The notes under the pieces are model-generated. The model did no database searches. It was not told the origin of the DNA and saw only the letters and a list, made by a program, of their open reading frames with translations. DNA of 64,000 nucleotides from Balanoglossus misakiensis (Eukaryota; Animalia; Hemichordata): NCBI GenBank assembly GCA_040954595.2, contig CM082592.2, forward strand, positions 10,440,731 through 10,504,730. Direction: 5' to 3'. This document shows, in pieces, positions 44,240 through 57,317 of the stretch. The number at the start of each line of letters is the position of its first letter. The first letter of the stretch is position 1. The position numbers and the translations under genes were made by a program.

Positions 44240-47200
44240 GTTGGATCTTCTAGTCCTTCGCCCCTGAGATGCAGACACTCGTGAAGATGATGATGATGAC
44301 GACGACGGCGATGGTGAAGGCAAGTTAGCAGAGGAAGCAGGTTTTACGACACACGTCACCGTGGTGATGCTAGCCAAAAGTGAAGGATCATTGCGTATGA
44401 CCTGAAGTACAAAAGGAAAGAGAACACACCAATGAATCCCTGAGATACCATGATGATGCAGTGTAACACCTCTTGTAAGGTTTCTCAACAGACAATTACT
44501 CACAAACAACCTTCACAAAAACCTTATGGTATCCCTCGGAAATAACCAGTTGTAAATTTCCAGGGGGTGGCCATCATGACACCAATGCAGCATTACTTGA
44601 TGATGAAAGTGTTGAAATATGTTGAAATTATTCCTTCACCCTGCATGCAAGCATCCAAATGATAGTGCATAGCATTTTATGATTCATGTTGTCCACTACA
44701 TTTACAAACCATTTTCCAAATGCAGATTGTGACACAGTTGGGTCTGTTAATACTCAACCAACATTTCTGGAAAGCTGCAATCATAAAATCTATACACAGT
44801 TTTGCTCAATGCAGAATTCAAACAGTATTCATGATTATGTCTCTATTTATTGTCATTCAAATCAACTTTTCCATTTGTTTTTTGATGAGTCTACTTTATC
44901 ACTCTTTGTAGGGTTTTAGAAAATACCTATAAATGTCTTTAGTGTGAAAATTATGAGGTCATTAATTTTATTATCGTTGTTAAACATCTTTTACTATTTT
45001 CATTTTTATTTTCATGAAACAACTTTGCCGATTCAGTATATTACAATCAATTGAGTGGTTTGTCTCATAAGTTATACTCCGATGCTATAAACAGCATCAT
45101 CTATATTTTCTGTCAACTTTCCCCCAAGATAAAGAAATCTTTGCAAGCAAACATTTGGTGTGGGTTTTTTTTGTTTCATCTGCAGTCTTATGAACTTTGG
45201 AAAATCTGGTACGTTTAATGTCAATTTGCCACGCAGTTCAGTATTGTATTTTAGATTCAAAGACAGTTCTTACCAAGAAATGTATTACAAAATCATTAGA
45301 AAATCCACTCTAGGCTATCATTTTCTCGTGTCCTTTTGGTAAAAAGTAATGAGATGGCTGCCAGCAATTTTTCTCTGGGGCTACAAGTAGTGTAATTTGG
45401 GGATGATTATAAAAAATTACATTGTCTTAAAAAGATTTCCTGGTGGGCTTTAATGAGAGATGGCCTTTCTGATGTTACATCAAACGGTGGAAAAAGCCTA
45501 CAGCATATCAGTTCACTTTAATGCAAAGACAGGGTAACGTTAAATGAGAGGCATCTTTACTTTGTTTGACAGTTGCCATAACAGCATGCCGCCGTCTGTC
45601 CATCAGGTTCTGATCAAACTATTATCCATAAACAGAAATATTAAAATTGAAAACTGGAGCTTTTCCATGTATTCATATAGAAATGGTTCCAGAGTTCTCC
45701 CTATAGCAATTAAAGTTTAGTGGCCACTACTTTTTCGGGATTTTTTTTACTTAGTTGCCACTTGGTGGCGCTGTTCAGTTTTGAAAAGTCAACATACACA
45801 TGATTGTATGTATTTACCAGAAAAAATGCAATATTAATACAATGAATAACACTGCTGACTATACAAATACATAAAATATAACAGTTACCTGGGTGCCACC
45901 CTTAACAAAACCACTGTTGCTAATCCAAATCTAGAAACAGTTTACTTTATGTCAGAAAGAAACTCGTGATCTACACATATCTTAAACACAAATGACTGTA
46001 CATTCTCAGAAACGTCACGATTGTTAATTTCCTCGAACAGGAAATAACAATGAGAAAGCCCAGAGGGAAAATACTCTCACTAGAGCTGGGAGTTGAACTG
46101 TCAGCCAATCAAACAATTTATAACAACATTAAATATTTACAAAGCTGAGCTTTCAGACTGCGCCGCAATGTGAAGAAAACTGCTATGACTAAAAGTGACC
46201 CAACACTGATTACCATGTTGCTACATGTATCTTTGACTGTTTTAGGTTATGACGACAATCACAATACCGGTATATTCTGTTTTAACTCACAAAAGAATCT
46301 TGAATAATCAAATAAATGCCTCGAATCATGATAGGAAATTAAACATTGCGATTGTTCACGTTGATGTTTGCTCTTATTAGAGACTTTATTGAAGTACAAT
46401 ACGAAGTCTGAATTATTCATACATCAGCCTCACATCAAAGTACTGCTGCATCCATTTGATACTAAATGTCGGAAATCTGGATAAATCATTTACTTATTCT
46501 TTCTGAGCAACTCTGCATGAATTCGCGTCACATTAAAATCACTTTCCTACTGTAGGCCCTCCTGGGTTATTTTAACACATATATTGAAATCACAAACAAA
46601 TTTGTTTTTACAGTTGTATTCTCTTCATTCTGGGATTTGTAAGTGGTTTCTCTTATTGGATTACAGTCTGATTCTTTCCCACAGACTATCATTGGAGACT
46701 ATCAACAGGAATGTTCAGGAAGTTTCAACATGGTGTCCTGTTTTGGAGTATTGAATTTGATCAGTTTTGCCTTTGAGTGGAAGTTAATTCACACTTTCCT
46801 TTCCAAGAATGTTAAATCCATTCAAACCTCAAGTTGTAATCTTGTACAAGTAGTATACAACGCAACTAAACCATCAAAACATGTTGCCCACATTCATCCC
46901 TTATCCGTAACCATCTGATAAACTCACAAAATATTCCGAAACTCCTGTTTTTCTTCTGGCAATTATCTCCAAAAGTCAATCGCCTCCAGAAACGAATCTT
47001 TTAAGGTCAACCAGGGTTGCCAATTTATCAGCTTGTAATCCGTACTTCTAGTCTCGCTTTGAACTGATTACCAAACAAAATCTACTCCGTAACATGTAAC
47101 AAGAGTGCAAACATGGCTCGAATGAGACATCCAGAAAATAAATTGATATTTCTGTGAAGTTACTTCACAATCCACTAGTGGCTCGATCATCAACAGCGAA

Positions 47201-47509
47201 CTAATGATGCATTTCAAAGTTTTTGTCAACAAGTCAGACATCTGTACCATGTGTTTGTGATTCCTTTTGTCATCCTCTGTCCCAATTTTGTCACTTTCAA
47301 AGAATTATGCATGATCTCCTTGGCAGACTTTGTAATTGAACATTTGAATGAAGTGGTTGTCAGATGCAGGCTTGCAGTCTGTCAGCTGCAGAGAGGGATG
47401 AAGTCGAGACTAAATTTAGATCCATTCTTTTAGGTGCTATCTGTGGTTGGAGTTTTCCGTGCAATAACATTTCAAAGCCTTGCTTACTTCTCTGACATGA
47501 ACCAGACAC

Positions 47510-47570
47510 AACTCTCCATGTAGAAGATATCACATTGTTGAACAATGTGATATCTTCAACATGGAGAGTT
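47510..47570. repeat. Near-perfect palindrome (30-bp arms, 1-nt spacer, 1 mismatch)
   Basis: AACTCTCCATGTAGAAGATATCACATTGTT-G-AACAATGTGATATCTTCAACATGGAGAGTT. Confidence 0.9.
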
Positions 47571-50500
47571 ACTCTTCATTTATACATCCAATTCAGCATG
47601 CCGAGATAACACACAAAGCCTTGAAAACATCCTCTATTTTGAAAAACATCCTCTATAAACTCAGGTTCAATGACACGTACTTCTCAACAACAGCTCAGAA
47701 TCTCTTCATTGCATTCTCACCTCTGAATAAAATACCAATATCACATACTGTGTATGGGTTATTCCCCCCAATTAAACTAAAATGCTTCCTCAGTGGGGTT
47801 ATTATGCAATTTCATTTCCCCTAAGCCAAAGAGATGGAGGCATTTAATTGAATAGCCTTGAAATAAGATTTGATGTAGATTAATAATTAAGTTGGTTGTG
47901 GCTTCTTCTTCGCAGCTATCGTCAACAAATGACCATTTACACGTAGAAGAAAATTGGAAGCCTCAATTGAAACATATCTGCTTCCTGAAACCAAACGCAC
48001 CTGAATACTCTAAACGATAAATGTGTACACTAAAATGTAAGCATGTTTTTGATATACCGCTACTGCACATGTACAAAATGTACCTTTATTCATTTTCAAG
48101 ATATTCACTCTCACTCACTGCCCAGTGCTATAAACATTCTTCGATCAATGTTTACTGTTTACAGTTTCTGTCACAAAGCACTTGGCAACCAGGTAAACCC
48201 ACAAAACAACAGACGGAAAGAGCTTTATAAACCACTCATTGTGCCAACCACAATTCACAGTGGTGACTTGTATAATTTCTGTGTGGTTAATTGATTTTCT
48301 AGCTTGCATGCACGTATGCATGCACAAGAAGATTTAATCTGTAAAGGCAACAATACCAAGCTAATTACAAGGTGAAAAACCAACCATACATAGTGTCTCA
48401 ATAGAGACAGATATTTCATTAAATGTTGAGTGTTTTGAATCTCGATGGAAACTTTAATAGTTTGGTGGAGTTTAATTTGAAATGTTTTATTATGTCAGTA
48501 TCAGAAAGTGTAGTGTCTGATAAATAAACACATCCCCTATCACCAATGCATGGTGATGATGACATTTTTGACTTTCAATTTCTCTCCACCAAAGATTGGC
48601 AGGTATCCCAGCGTACAGAGGTGGAGCAGTGATTACAATGTTTGTCTTCATCGCTCACACCTAATTGGAAAGACTGAGGCTAGTTGTCTGTAATAACATC
48701 CTCCCACAGGGAGAAATGTCCTAATAACCAGGTCCTGTCACCTGCAGGGATAATGATAATTGTGAAACATGCCCCAGGCAAAACTTTGACAGAAACATGT
48801 TCTGTGGTCCGTGGTGTGTGGATGCCATTTGCCTGAGTGCCAGCTAGTTGCCCCAAGACTATGGGCAAATTATGTCATTTAAATTTCTCTGCTTGCGAGC
48901 TTTTTAGGGGTGGACATGGCATTCTGTAGTATGTATGTGTTTATTTCTATACCAGAGACACCAACTTGTAACTGCAGCCGTATCTTGGTGATACCCGATT
49001 CAAGACGGACGTAAATTTAGAGTGCTTTTGGGGACGTTTGACCTCTGTCTACAATGTATGTTCAGAACAGCACACAAAGAAACTAGTATAAAGACCAGGG
49101 TTGTTTTCAGTAACATACAATAAAGTCAATAAACTGGGGAAGTGAAAATCTTTCCTATATCCTTAACATGATTGACCCAGACATACAGTCAGGGTAACAT
49201 GAGTCTATTATTTATTTTGTTAGTAAGGTTAATGGTGGGTATAGCCCTAAATTCACAGACTATATCCATTACTATTATGTGCTTAAAACTGTTGTTGATT
49301 TCACAATTTAGGTACAACTGTATAAACCATAACTATATACAGCACTCAATCAATTAATCACTCAATCAATCAGGCTTGAAATCAGGCTTCAACTGGTGTC
49401 ATCAAACAAACAAAAAGCAAAAATAACTGTAACAGGTTGTTGTTGTTGTTGTTGATAAAATCTGTATGTACAGATAACTGCACCTAGAATGCTCATCAAC
49501 CTCAGGTATGTACATTTACCCACGGGCCACACACTTCCAAATTGGATTAACACAAATCACCAATAATTAACATTTAATACCAAGTTCACATTCTTTGTAA
49601 TCTAAAGTGTTATATATTCCAGTCGCATCCCGGTCCATTCACCCACCACTGCAGAGATTGCAAATGCTGTAATCACTAGGATTAAGTGCGATCAATGCTG
49701 TATAATCTTGTCAAGTGTTCTTTCACTGAAACTGTACACATGCACGTATATACATTAACACACGATTCCTGTTGTTAATATTTCAATCACTGGTGCAAAA
49801 CCCACTGCCCAACCAGAACAAAGCCCCGATCCCACCAAATACATGCCATCAACACTGCATACCTACATGTACGCACCACTGTAGCTAGGTTAGGATAACC
49901 CATTTGAAGTGCGAGATATATCACGTTTTAAGAACGAACAATTACGCAACCTAAATCTCAAGGTGATTCTAATGAGAAAGTGACTTGAATGGCCAATTAA
50001 ACCCCGAGAGGTCCAACACTCACTCCTGTAACATCAAACACACTGATAGTACACACTTACTTGACAATTGCCAATGAGTTGAATCTCACACGGGTCAAAA
50101 CACTTTGTAGCCACATGTAGAGCAGAAGAAGAAGTGTATATATGCGCGTACTCAATGTGTTGCCGAACTGTCGTAGGACAAACTATTCAGAAAAGAGGGG
50201 TTGAAGAAGAGACCATTGGAGAGCAGGGATTAAACGTATAACAGAACAGCTAGCCGGTGTCACGTAAGGGTTGAAAAAAGAATAGATTAGTCACAGAGGT
50301 TAATGTATGCACAGGCCAATCTGAAAGAGGTAAGATTATCAGTGGAAACACCCCCAGAAGCAGCGCTGGCAAACAGTGACCAACTGACAGGCTACATTGT
50401 GTGATCACAAAACCAAACAACTGAAAATAGTCCTTTGAAGTAAAGGAACGAATTAAATTGTTGACTCTAAACTACCAGAAACAGCTAGTCAATTGTTCTC

Positions 50501-53500
50501 TGTGTGGTGTGGAGACTGTCTTATTATTCCTGCATGAAAGCACACATCTATAAACAGAATTACAGTGGATCCAAATGAACGACAAGCATGGTTGTTTTCA
50601 TATTTGGGTGTGTCAATAATATTCCACCTACATGTAAGTTTCAACATATTGAAAGGACAGTCTGTACTACTAAATTATTACTATAGTACCTGAAAGCATG
50701 CAGTATCTCATATATCACACCACTACATATGTGACCACTTTAACCAATGGCTCATGGATATTCAACAAATAAAATGAGTTGATACAGCAGGCCCTAGAAA
50801 AGGATGAATTATTATCTCCTATTAAGATGGTAACTATGGTGATCGATTTGATAATACGATACAAATTGATCAGAATGAGTATACTCATCTTTGATCTGCC
50901 GGTCAGATGGGTATTGACATTGCTTTCAGGTACACAGATACCAAATCATGTTCTCAATTACACTTCACTGTATCAAATTATTTAATACTGGGTGACTTCA
51001 TTGTCAGCTGTAAGGAGCATAAATGGATCTCCTTAATACTAACGCATCAGTCAGATGTCAAAAATATGAAACAAAGACATTTGCTTGATCAGAATTGACC
51101 CATTATCTTCAGTGGTTGCCATCACACACTGAATGACCCGAAGGCAAGAACTATATTTAGTCTAGGATTTATCACTGAGAACACATTTGTGATGTCAAAT
51201 TCCTCATCAAACCAGAACTCGACTTAAACATTAGTCCTACATGTATTGCAGTGTGTGGAATGTCAGATTTCTTTTACTTAATGGCATAGTATCAATCTGC
51301 TCCGATAACTGACATTTCAATATACATATGTACATGTGTATACATACTTGGTTGACATGATAGGCGTTATGAGTAGCCCAAGAAATGTTTAATAATAGCT
51401 GTATAACAGACCAATATAATGAAATGGTGATAGTCATGGATACTACATGTATGAGAGATGAATGAAAATACATCTGTGATAGTTCTTTATGATGGTAATT
51501 TTCAGCTAGAATTTATGAAGTGACACTGACAGTTAGATCGTTCTGCATTCAGTAAAAGTATCACTCAGACAGTTGCTTTTTTCCAATTACTGCCTTGTGA
51601 GATTGTGTACTAAAACATCACATGATCAGCCCCAATCATGTGCGGCAGATTACTGTGCTCCTTTAAATGCAAGACCTGTAATCTTCTATTGATCTGTTTA
51701 TCCCTAACCCGACTTTGTACTCGTTCATCATTTATTAAAGGAATGGCATGCCCATTACTTGTACAGCCAAGTTTTCCATCTCAAGTGATTACCTTTCATC
51801 TTTATGCATATAGGTGTTTTGGGGTAAGCCACCAGAAATGTTGCTAGAAATACATGGTTTAAAAAAATCATCTGCCTCTTAATCTGCTTCACATGCACAG
51901 AATGCCAAGCATCATGTTTTTGTAGCATTAAAGGGACATTAACTGCAGCTCTTACAGTATTTTCCCAGTATTTAATTTTGTGAGCCATATACCATTCCAA
52001 AAAACAAAAGATGGACAAATTTATCCTTTTATTGATGATGACAAACGGCAAATGCACGGAAACAGTCAATTTTCCAGCGGTGATCCGGAGTGCTTCAAAA
52101 GTCGGAATTCCAACATTCCAGAAATGAAGAGACTGTTGACATACATGTAACAGTACATTAGTATGATATCTGGTTTTCTACTTTGACAGAAGATATACAG
52201 TTAGCTGGTTTAAAAAAGAGACATTCCAATCTTTTGAATCACAACAGTAGAATCGAATGTTTCATGCTAGCTTTAGGCTTGGGCTTGGCCAACAACACTT
52301 TACAGCCCAGCTAGTTTCTAGACTAAAATTTTCATGATAAACACATCTGTCAGAAGTATACAACCATTTGTTGAAAATCTCATGCTGATACAGACTCCCC
52401 CACAATTTGAGAAAGGTTCATTCACATCTTTTGCACATATATCAAAGGAACAATTTTCTTTTCTTGCGTGGCCATAAGTGGATTAGAGTAAAAATAAGTT
52501 TGGGCTGAATACATAACCAGAAATGATCCCATTTATTAAATGGATAACATTACAAGTACCTAAAATGCTTGACAGATTAATTACATTATAAGACTGGCAT
52601 TACAAGTGTAGAGTCTTAGACTAAAGGGGGATTTTACATCATGATTGCAGAAGCTCTTGACTGTACAGACAAAACACTGCTGTGATTATATTTAGAACTT
52701 AACTGGAAAACGGGAAATGAATATCTGTAAAGTGATTAAATGTCACCATTAATCATGTAATTCATGTTGGCATGTTTCTGAAACCTGTTTTCAATCGGAC
52801 TGAGTTAGTGACAATAACCAAGTCTTATGATAATGAGTTTCTATTGTCTTCCCCAAATTAAAGGGTATCGGTGGACACTCTTTAATTGTTCTGGGGAGAA
52901 TCAGCAGTCGGATGAGGACATTCTTCACTGCGATCACAGGGTTTCAAAGTTGGAGGGTTTTTATATAGGGTTTACTAGTACACTGTAATATATTATCAAG
53001 TTAATTTGTTAGGTTGACATGTCTGTTTGCTTTTCGTGACTAACAGTTAAATTATAACTCTGTGGAGTGTTCAATGGGTTTTGCTATCAGTTTGTCACTC
53101 AGGGCTTTCAAGTCATCATAGAACCAGTAAAAATGAAAAAAATGTACAACTTATATGGTTGTAATAAACCAATTAAAACATGACCAGATGACGCCTTACA
53201 AAATTAAAGACAGTGGTGCAAAGCACTGTAATGTAGAAGCCCTGTCAGTATGGTAAAGTGAAATCTGACCAAATTTCATAATTTCAAGAAAATATGGCAT
53301 TTAATAAACAGGGGATCGCATTTTATGGCTGACTTCAAGTTCAAGGTGATATCATTGTCAGATCTGACTGTTATCTGTTAGTTCTTGGCTGCACTTTTGG
53401 ATTCATGGCCAGAAATCCTGATGAGAGATACAAAGTCACTCCAGGTGAATGTCATGTGGGTAATGACTAACAGTCACGATCTCCTGGTAGCTTGTTTCAT

Positions 53501-53566
53501 ACTGGGCACAGTGTTTAAGATAAAACTTCAATTAATTACTGACAACACATTGTGTTCCATACAATA

Positions 53567-53650
53567 CTGTTCCTATAGAAACCATCATAAAAGGCTGTTT
53601 CCACATAAACTATGATACAAGGCTGTTGCCATAGAAACCATAGTACATGG
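53567..53650. repeat. 28-bp tandem repeat, 3 copies
   Basis: CTGTTCCTATAGAAACCATCATAAAAGG / CTGTTTCCACATAAACTATGATACAAGG / CTGTTGCCATAGAAACCATAGTACATGG. Confidence 0.8.
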
Positions 53651-54522
53651 CCTATTTTATAAAATTATGGGACATACATTTAATATGACATAAACAGATG
53701 AATATAATGAAGACATGAGTGATGACTCAAGATTGTGCATTAATCTTACTTTACCAACAAAATGTTGTAATCTTGAACGGATATCTGATCCCCTTGGATC
53801 TCATTATTTGGGATACAGAAATTGTCTTCATGTGATTCTACGGTAATCTCTCAGCTGTTGCAGATGCACCAAGTACATAATAATCCAATCTGATTAAGAT
53901 CAGATGTAGAGTTGGCTCAATCTTGATGTTTGCTGGTCATTTGCTGTTCTGCTCTCGGATGTCGGTCCGCCAGTGTGGCATAGCATGGCAGATATCCGAG
54001 AACTGACCAGCAGAGAATCAGCATGAATGTAAAGAAACTGATAACAGAGTTATTCCATTGGTGTCATACAATATCTCAGTATGTTTGATGCTGGAACAGA
54101 AACTCAATCAATGCACAAATGTACAGAAAAATATCAACATCCACTCCACAAAGTGGCTGGAACTGTTAAAACACTATGCACACTGACTAACGATAACACA
54201 GATTGACCTTACCCAGAGGCTTTTTATCTAAAGTTGTGTCATTTTATATGACAAGGCCGATATTCTACACAACATTCCTTCAAGAGGAGGGTTAACAATA
54301 TCTTCACTTGAGGTCAAGGGAGTGGCAATTTCACATCACAACTATTATATATATGGCCTATTGAATAAACTGAATACAGAAACGTTACTCTTTATTCAGA
54401 GCATACATTTACTATTGAATCAGCAAAATTGTGAAATCTGATCATCTCCTGCTGTGTCATATAAATATCTTGATTTGGAACAAGGGAACTTTCACTCAGT
54501 GATGGATCTAATAGCTGTTGAC

Positions 54523-55043
54523 TTAAAAGGACAAAGTCTCTCTCTTGCTGCCCTTTTCCCATTAATTATGTTTGATACAAAACACCATTGATGTTTGGCT
54601 ACTTTAGATTATTCATTTATTGCCGAAAATAATTCTTCATTTACTCATTAAAGGAGGGGGGGGGGGGTCTTTTCAAAATTGCCTTGAAATTAAGACTTTC
54701 AAAATGGCCGCCAAATTTGAGGTTCAAAATGGCCGCCTATATCTGTGCTTAGTCTATGGCATTCAAAATGGCCGCCAAATTTAGTGACTTTGACAATCTC
54801 TATGGTAAACATTATGGAGAAATTTTACTCATAGTTCAACCACACATACCTTCCATCCCACTTGTAGACACGAGAGTGAAATACTCGCCAAAATGAATAT
54901 TCGGTGTTTACCATTTATTCATTTTGGCAAGATTTTTACTCTCATATCCTACAAACGTGATGGTTGAATGTTGCATAAACAGTGTAGTGAATCAAACATA
55001 ATAAATGGGAAAAGAAAAGTGAGAGAGAGACTTTGTCCCTTTA
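54523..55043. mobile_element. About 520-bp non-autonomous DNA transposon (T2/Kolobok-like) with about 60-bp terminal inverted repeats
   Basis: Left end TTAA-AAGGACAAAGTCTCTCTC...CTTTTCCCATTAATTATGTTTGAT and right end ATCAAACATAATAAATGGGAAAAG...GAGAGAGACTTTGTCCCT-TTAC are imperfect inverted repeats with a TTAA-like TSD. The family assignment is inference. Confidence 0.65.
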
Positions 55044-55390
55044 CGTAAGTCTGATATAATCTGTGCCCAACTATTGACAGCAGCGCAAGCTATAATTCTT
55101 ACTGTAAGGGATTGAGTTTCTAAATACACTGTTAAGAAGATCACAGATCATGGTATTCATGATTTGTTTTCAATCACAACTGTACCACAATATTTAAATT
55201 TGCTGCAACATATATATATATTGGGCTCCTCATCTATCTACATATATGAACAAATCATTCTATTTACCCAATCAACATACACATAGTGGCACACACCTGG
55301 TGTCCTTTCGAAGATTTGCTCAGAACATAAAACATTCTCTGAATTCTTAATTTTTAAAGTATTCCTTGGATATTGAATATTTGATCTTAC

Positions 55391-55440
55391 CTTATAACCG
55401 AAGTACTTTGAAGATGAGGCAGATATTTTGTTGTGCGACC
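55391..55440 (-). other. Probable upstream (5' UTR or N-terminal) exon of CaMKK
   Basis: 50-nt segment with a long polypyrimidine tract plus CAG acceptor and an AG|GTAAGA donor on the minus strand. It is open in the frame of exon 44230-44401. Confidence 0.55.
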
Positions 55441-55999
55441 CTGTGAGAGATGGAGAGAGGGAGAGAGAAAGAGAGAGTTTATTGATCTGATAATCAGAGA
55501 GGTGGTACTACTACATTAAATACCCATCACATTGATACCAACAAATTGTTATTATATTACATCATATGGTTCCATATATGAACTACTTGTCAGTGATGAG
55601 CGTGGTCTGGAAATCATAGTACAAGAATTACCGTGTTTCATTGCGGAATTACCCATACTCATAAGACTGCGAAGAAAATGGTCAGAATAAGTCAGAATGA
55701 TTTGGACGTCCACAGCAATACATCCAACACCTCTCTGAGAAAATATCGATCTTTGTCGAAACAATTATACGCATATTTAACAGAGTGATCAATGTAGGAC
55801 ACAACGACGAGAGTTCGTAGCACGAGCGATCGCAGGCAGGGATTGTCACAATATACCAGCTCGCTGCCAGTGTTTGTTGATAAGCCGTGTTTACTTGGGA
55901 GTTTCAATCGCTATAGTCCATTTTATACGTGTACATAGAACGACCATTACTACATGATTTACCTGAACTGTGAACTTCATAATAATGTCATTACATATC

Positions 56000-57317
56000 G
56001 AAGTAAACGGTAAATGACGCAAATCAGCTCGACGAATGGGCGATACGAATCTACAGAATCATGCACATGATCAAGACAGCATCTTCTTACGATTAAGACG
56101 TGAGCTAGTTTGCCTGATCAGGAAATAAAGATGTAGGTTTGAAGGCCTCTTGATTGTTTTTATAATTGGGGGTTTGACCTTGATTTCGGATTGGGGTTGA
56201 AACTCCCTGCGGAAACCGATATTTTACTGAGTTCTTCAAAAGAACAACTTTGCCAATCAGTCAATTCGCTAAAATAGCAAGTTTAAAGGTGCATTATGTA
56301 TAAAAGATCACTTTTTACCAAATTAATGTTGCATGGTGCAATAAAAAGTTGAATATTGGTGCCTGTTTGTTAAACAGATGGGGTGTTTGAAAGTGATTTC
56401 AAAGAGCCTTTCCACGAAAATTCTACGTTTTCGAAGTAATTTTAGCATAAGACTATTAAATTTTCTTCGCTTCGGTTGCACTACACTTGAAATTAGTGTC
56501 TATCACAATGAAATTCGAAGTAAGTCGACAGGAAATCTGAAAGCTGAAAACGAATTTGAATCCAAAAACAAGTTAACTTCAACACTGTTGTTGCCGACGC
56601 GACGACGCTGAAGCACTGACGCTGTTGCCTAGTACCCGTGCGCCCTCTGCCTATGTTTAATTTTTTTCTTTCGAAGTAACAAGAACAGCTTTCTTCTACA
56701 GCAAACAGCACCTTTACAAACTTTTAAAAGTTCTAATCTCATAACAGTCAAATTTCTGAGAAAGTGTTCTTGCAAGGCCAGTTTATTTGAGATGTTGAAT
56801 CACAGTCAAGTGGTTGAATACTATATTACTAGTTGGCCTATGAAATAAGCATTTAAAAAAAAGTCAAATTTAGATGTAGGGTAACTCAAAATATGGTATG
56901 AAAACGTCCATTTTCATGTTTCTTTTGGTAAATATGGTGATCGTGAAAGTGCAAAACGTAAAAGAAAAGAACCCCGACAATAAACCTGATCCGTGTATCT
57001 CCGCTTCCCTTCAAGCCCCCTCCCTCCCGAAGTAGAATGGCCCTTCCCTGCAAACCGCCCGGAAGTAAACAGCAAGCTCGACTGTGGACCGGTTTTGAAT
57101 GAAAGTATGTGAATTTTCTGCGTGCGGATAGACTCAAATTATTTGCTGACGATCGAGAATAACATGTATTTGTTATTTCACCTTCAGCCCTGACCGACGT
57201 ACATAAAACTGCACGATCGTTACGCGCATTTCTAGGGTTGCCCTGTGGGAGAAATGTACACGTTCTGTCAGGTTTCTATATAATTCTACGTTACGCGTGG
57301 CAGGGCTCGGGTACAAC
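56000..57317. promoter_or_regulatory. CpG-richer divergent promoter region between CaMKK (-) and GLT1D1 (+)
   Basis: Visibly more CpG dinucleotides than the flanking introns. ETS motif CCGGAAGT at 57059-57066 and a CTCF-like motif at 56639-56652. Lies directly upstream of the GLT1D1 ATG. Confidence 0.5.

Noticed and set aside
50061-50140. Possible alternative first coding exon of CaMKK (GTAAGT donor at 50060)
   Set aside because: Its ATG frame ends in phase 2, which fits neither downstream exon. It could still be a UTR exon but is unsupported.
53567-53650. CRISPR-like array
   Set aside because: Head-to-tail minisatellite without unique spacers, in a eukaryotic intron with no cas genes.
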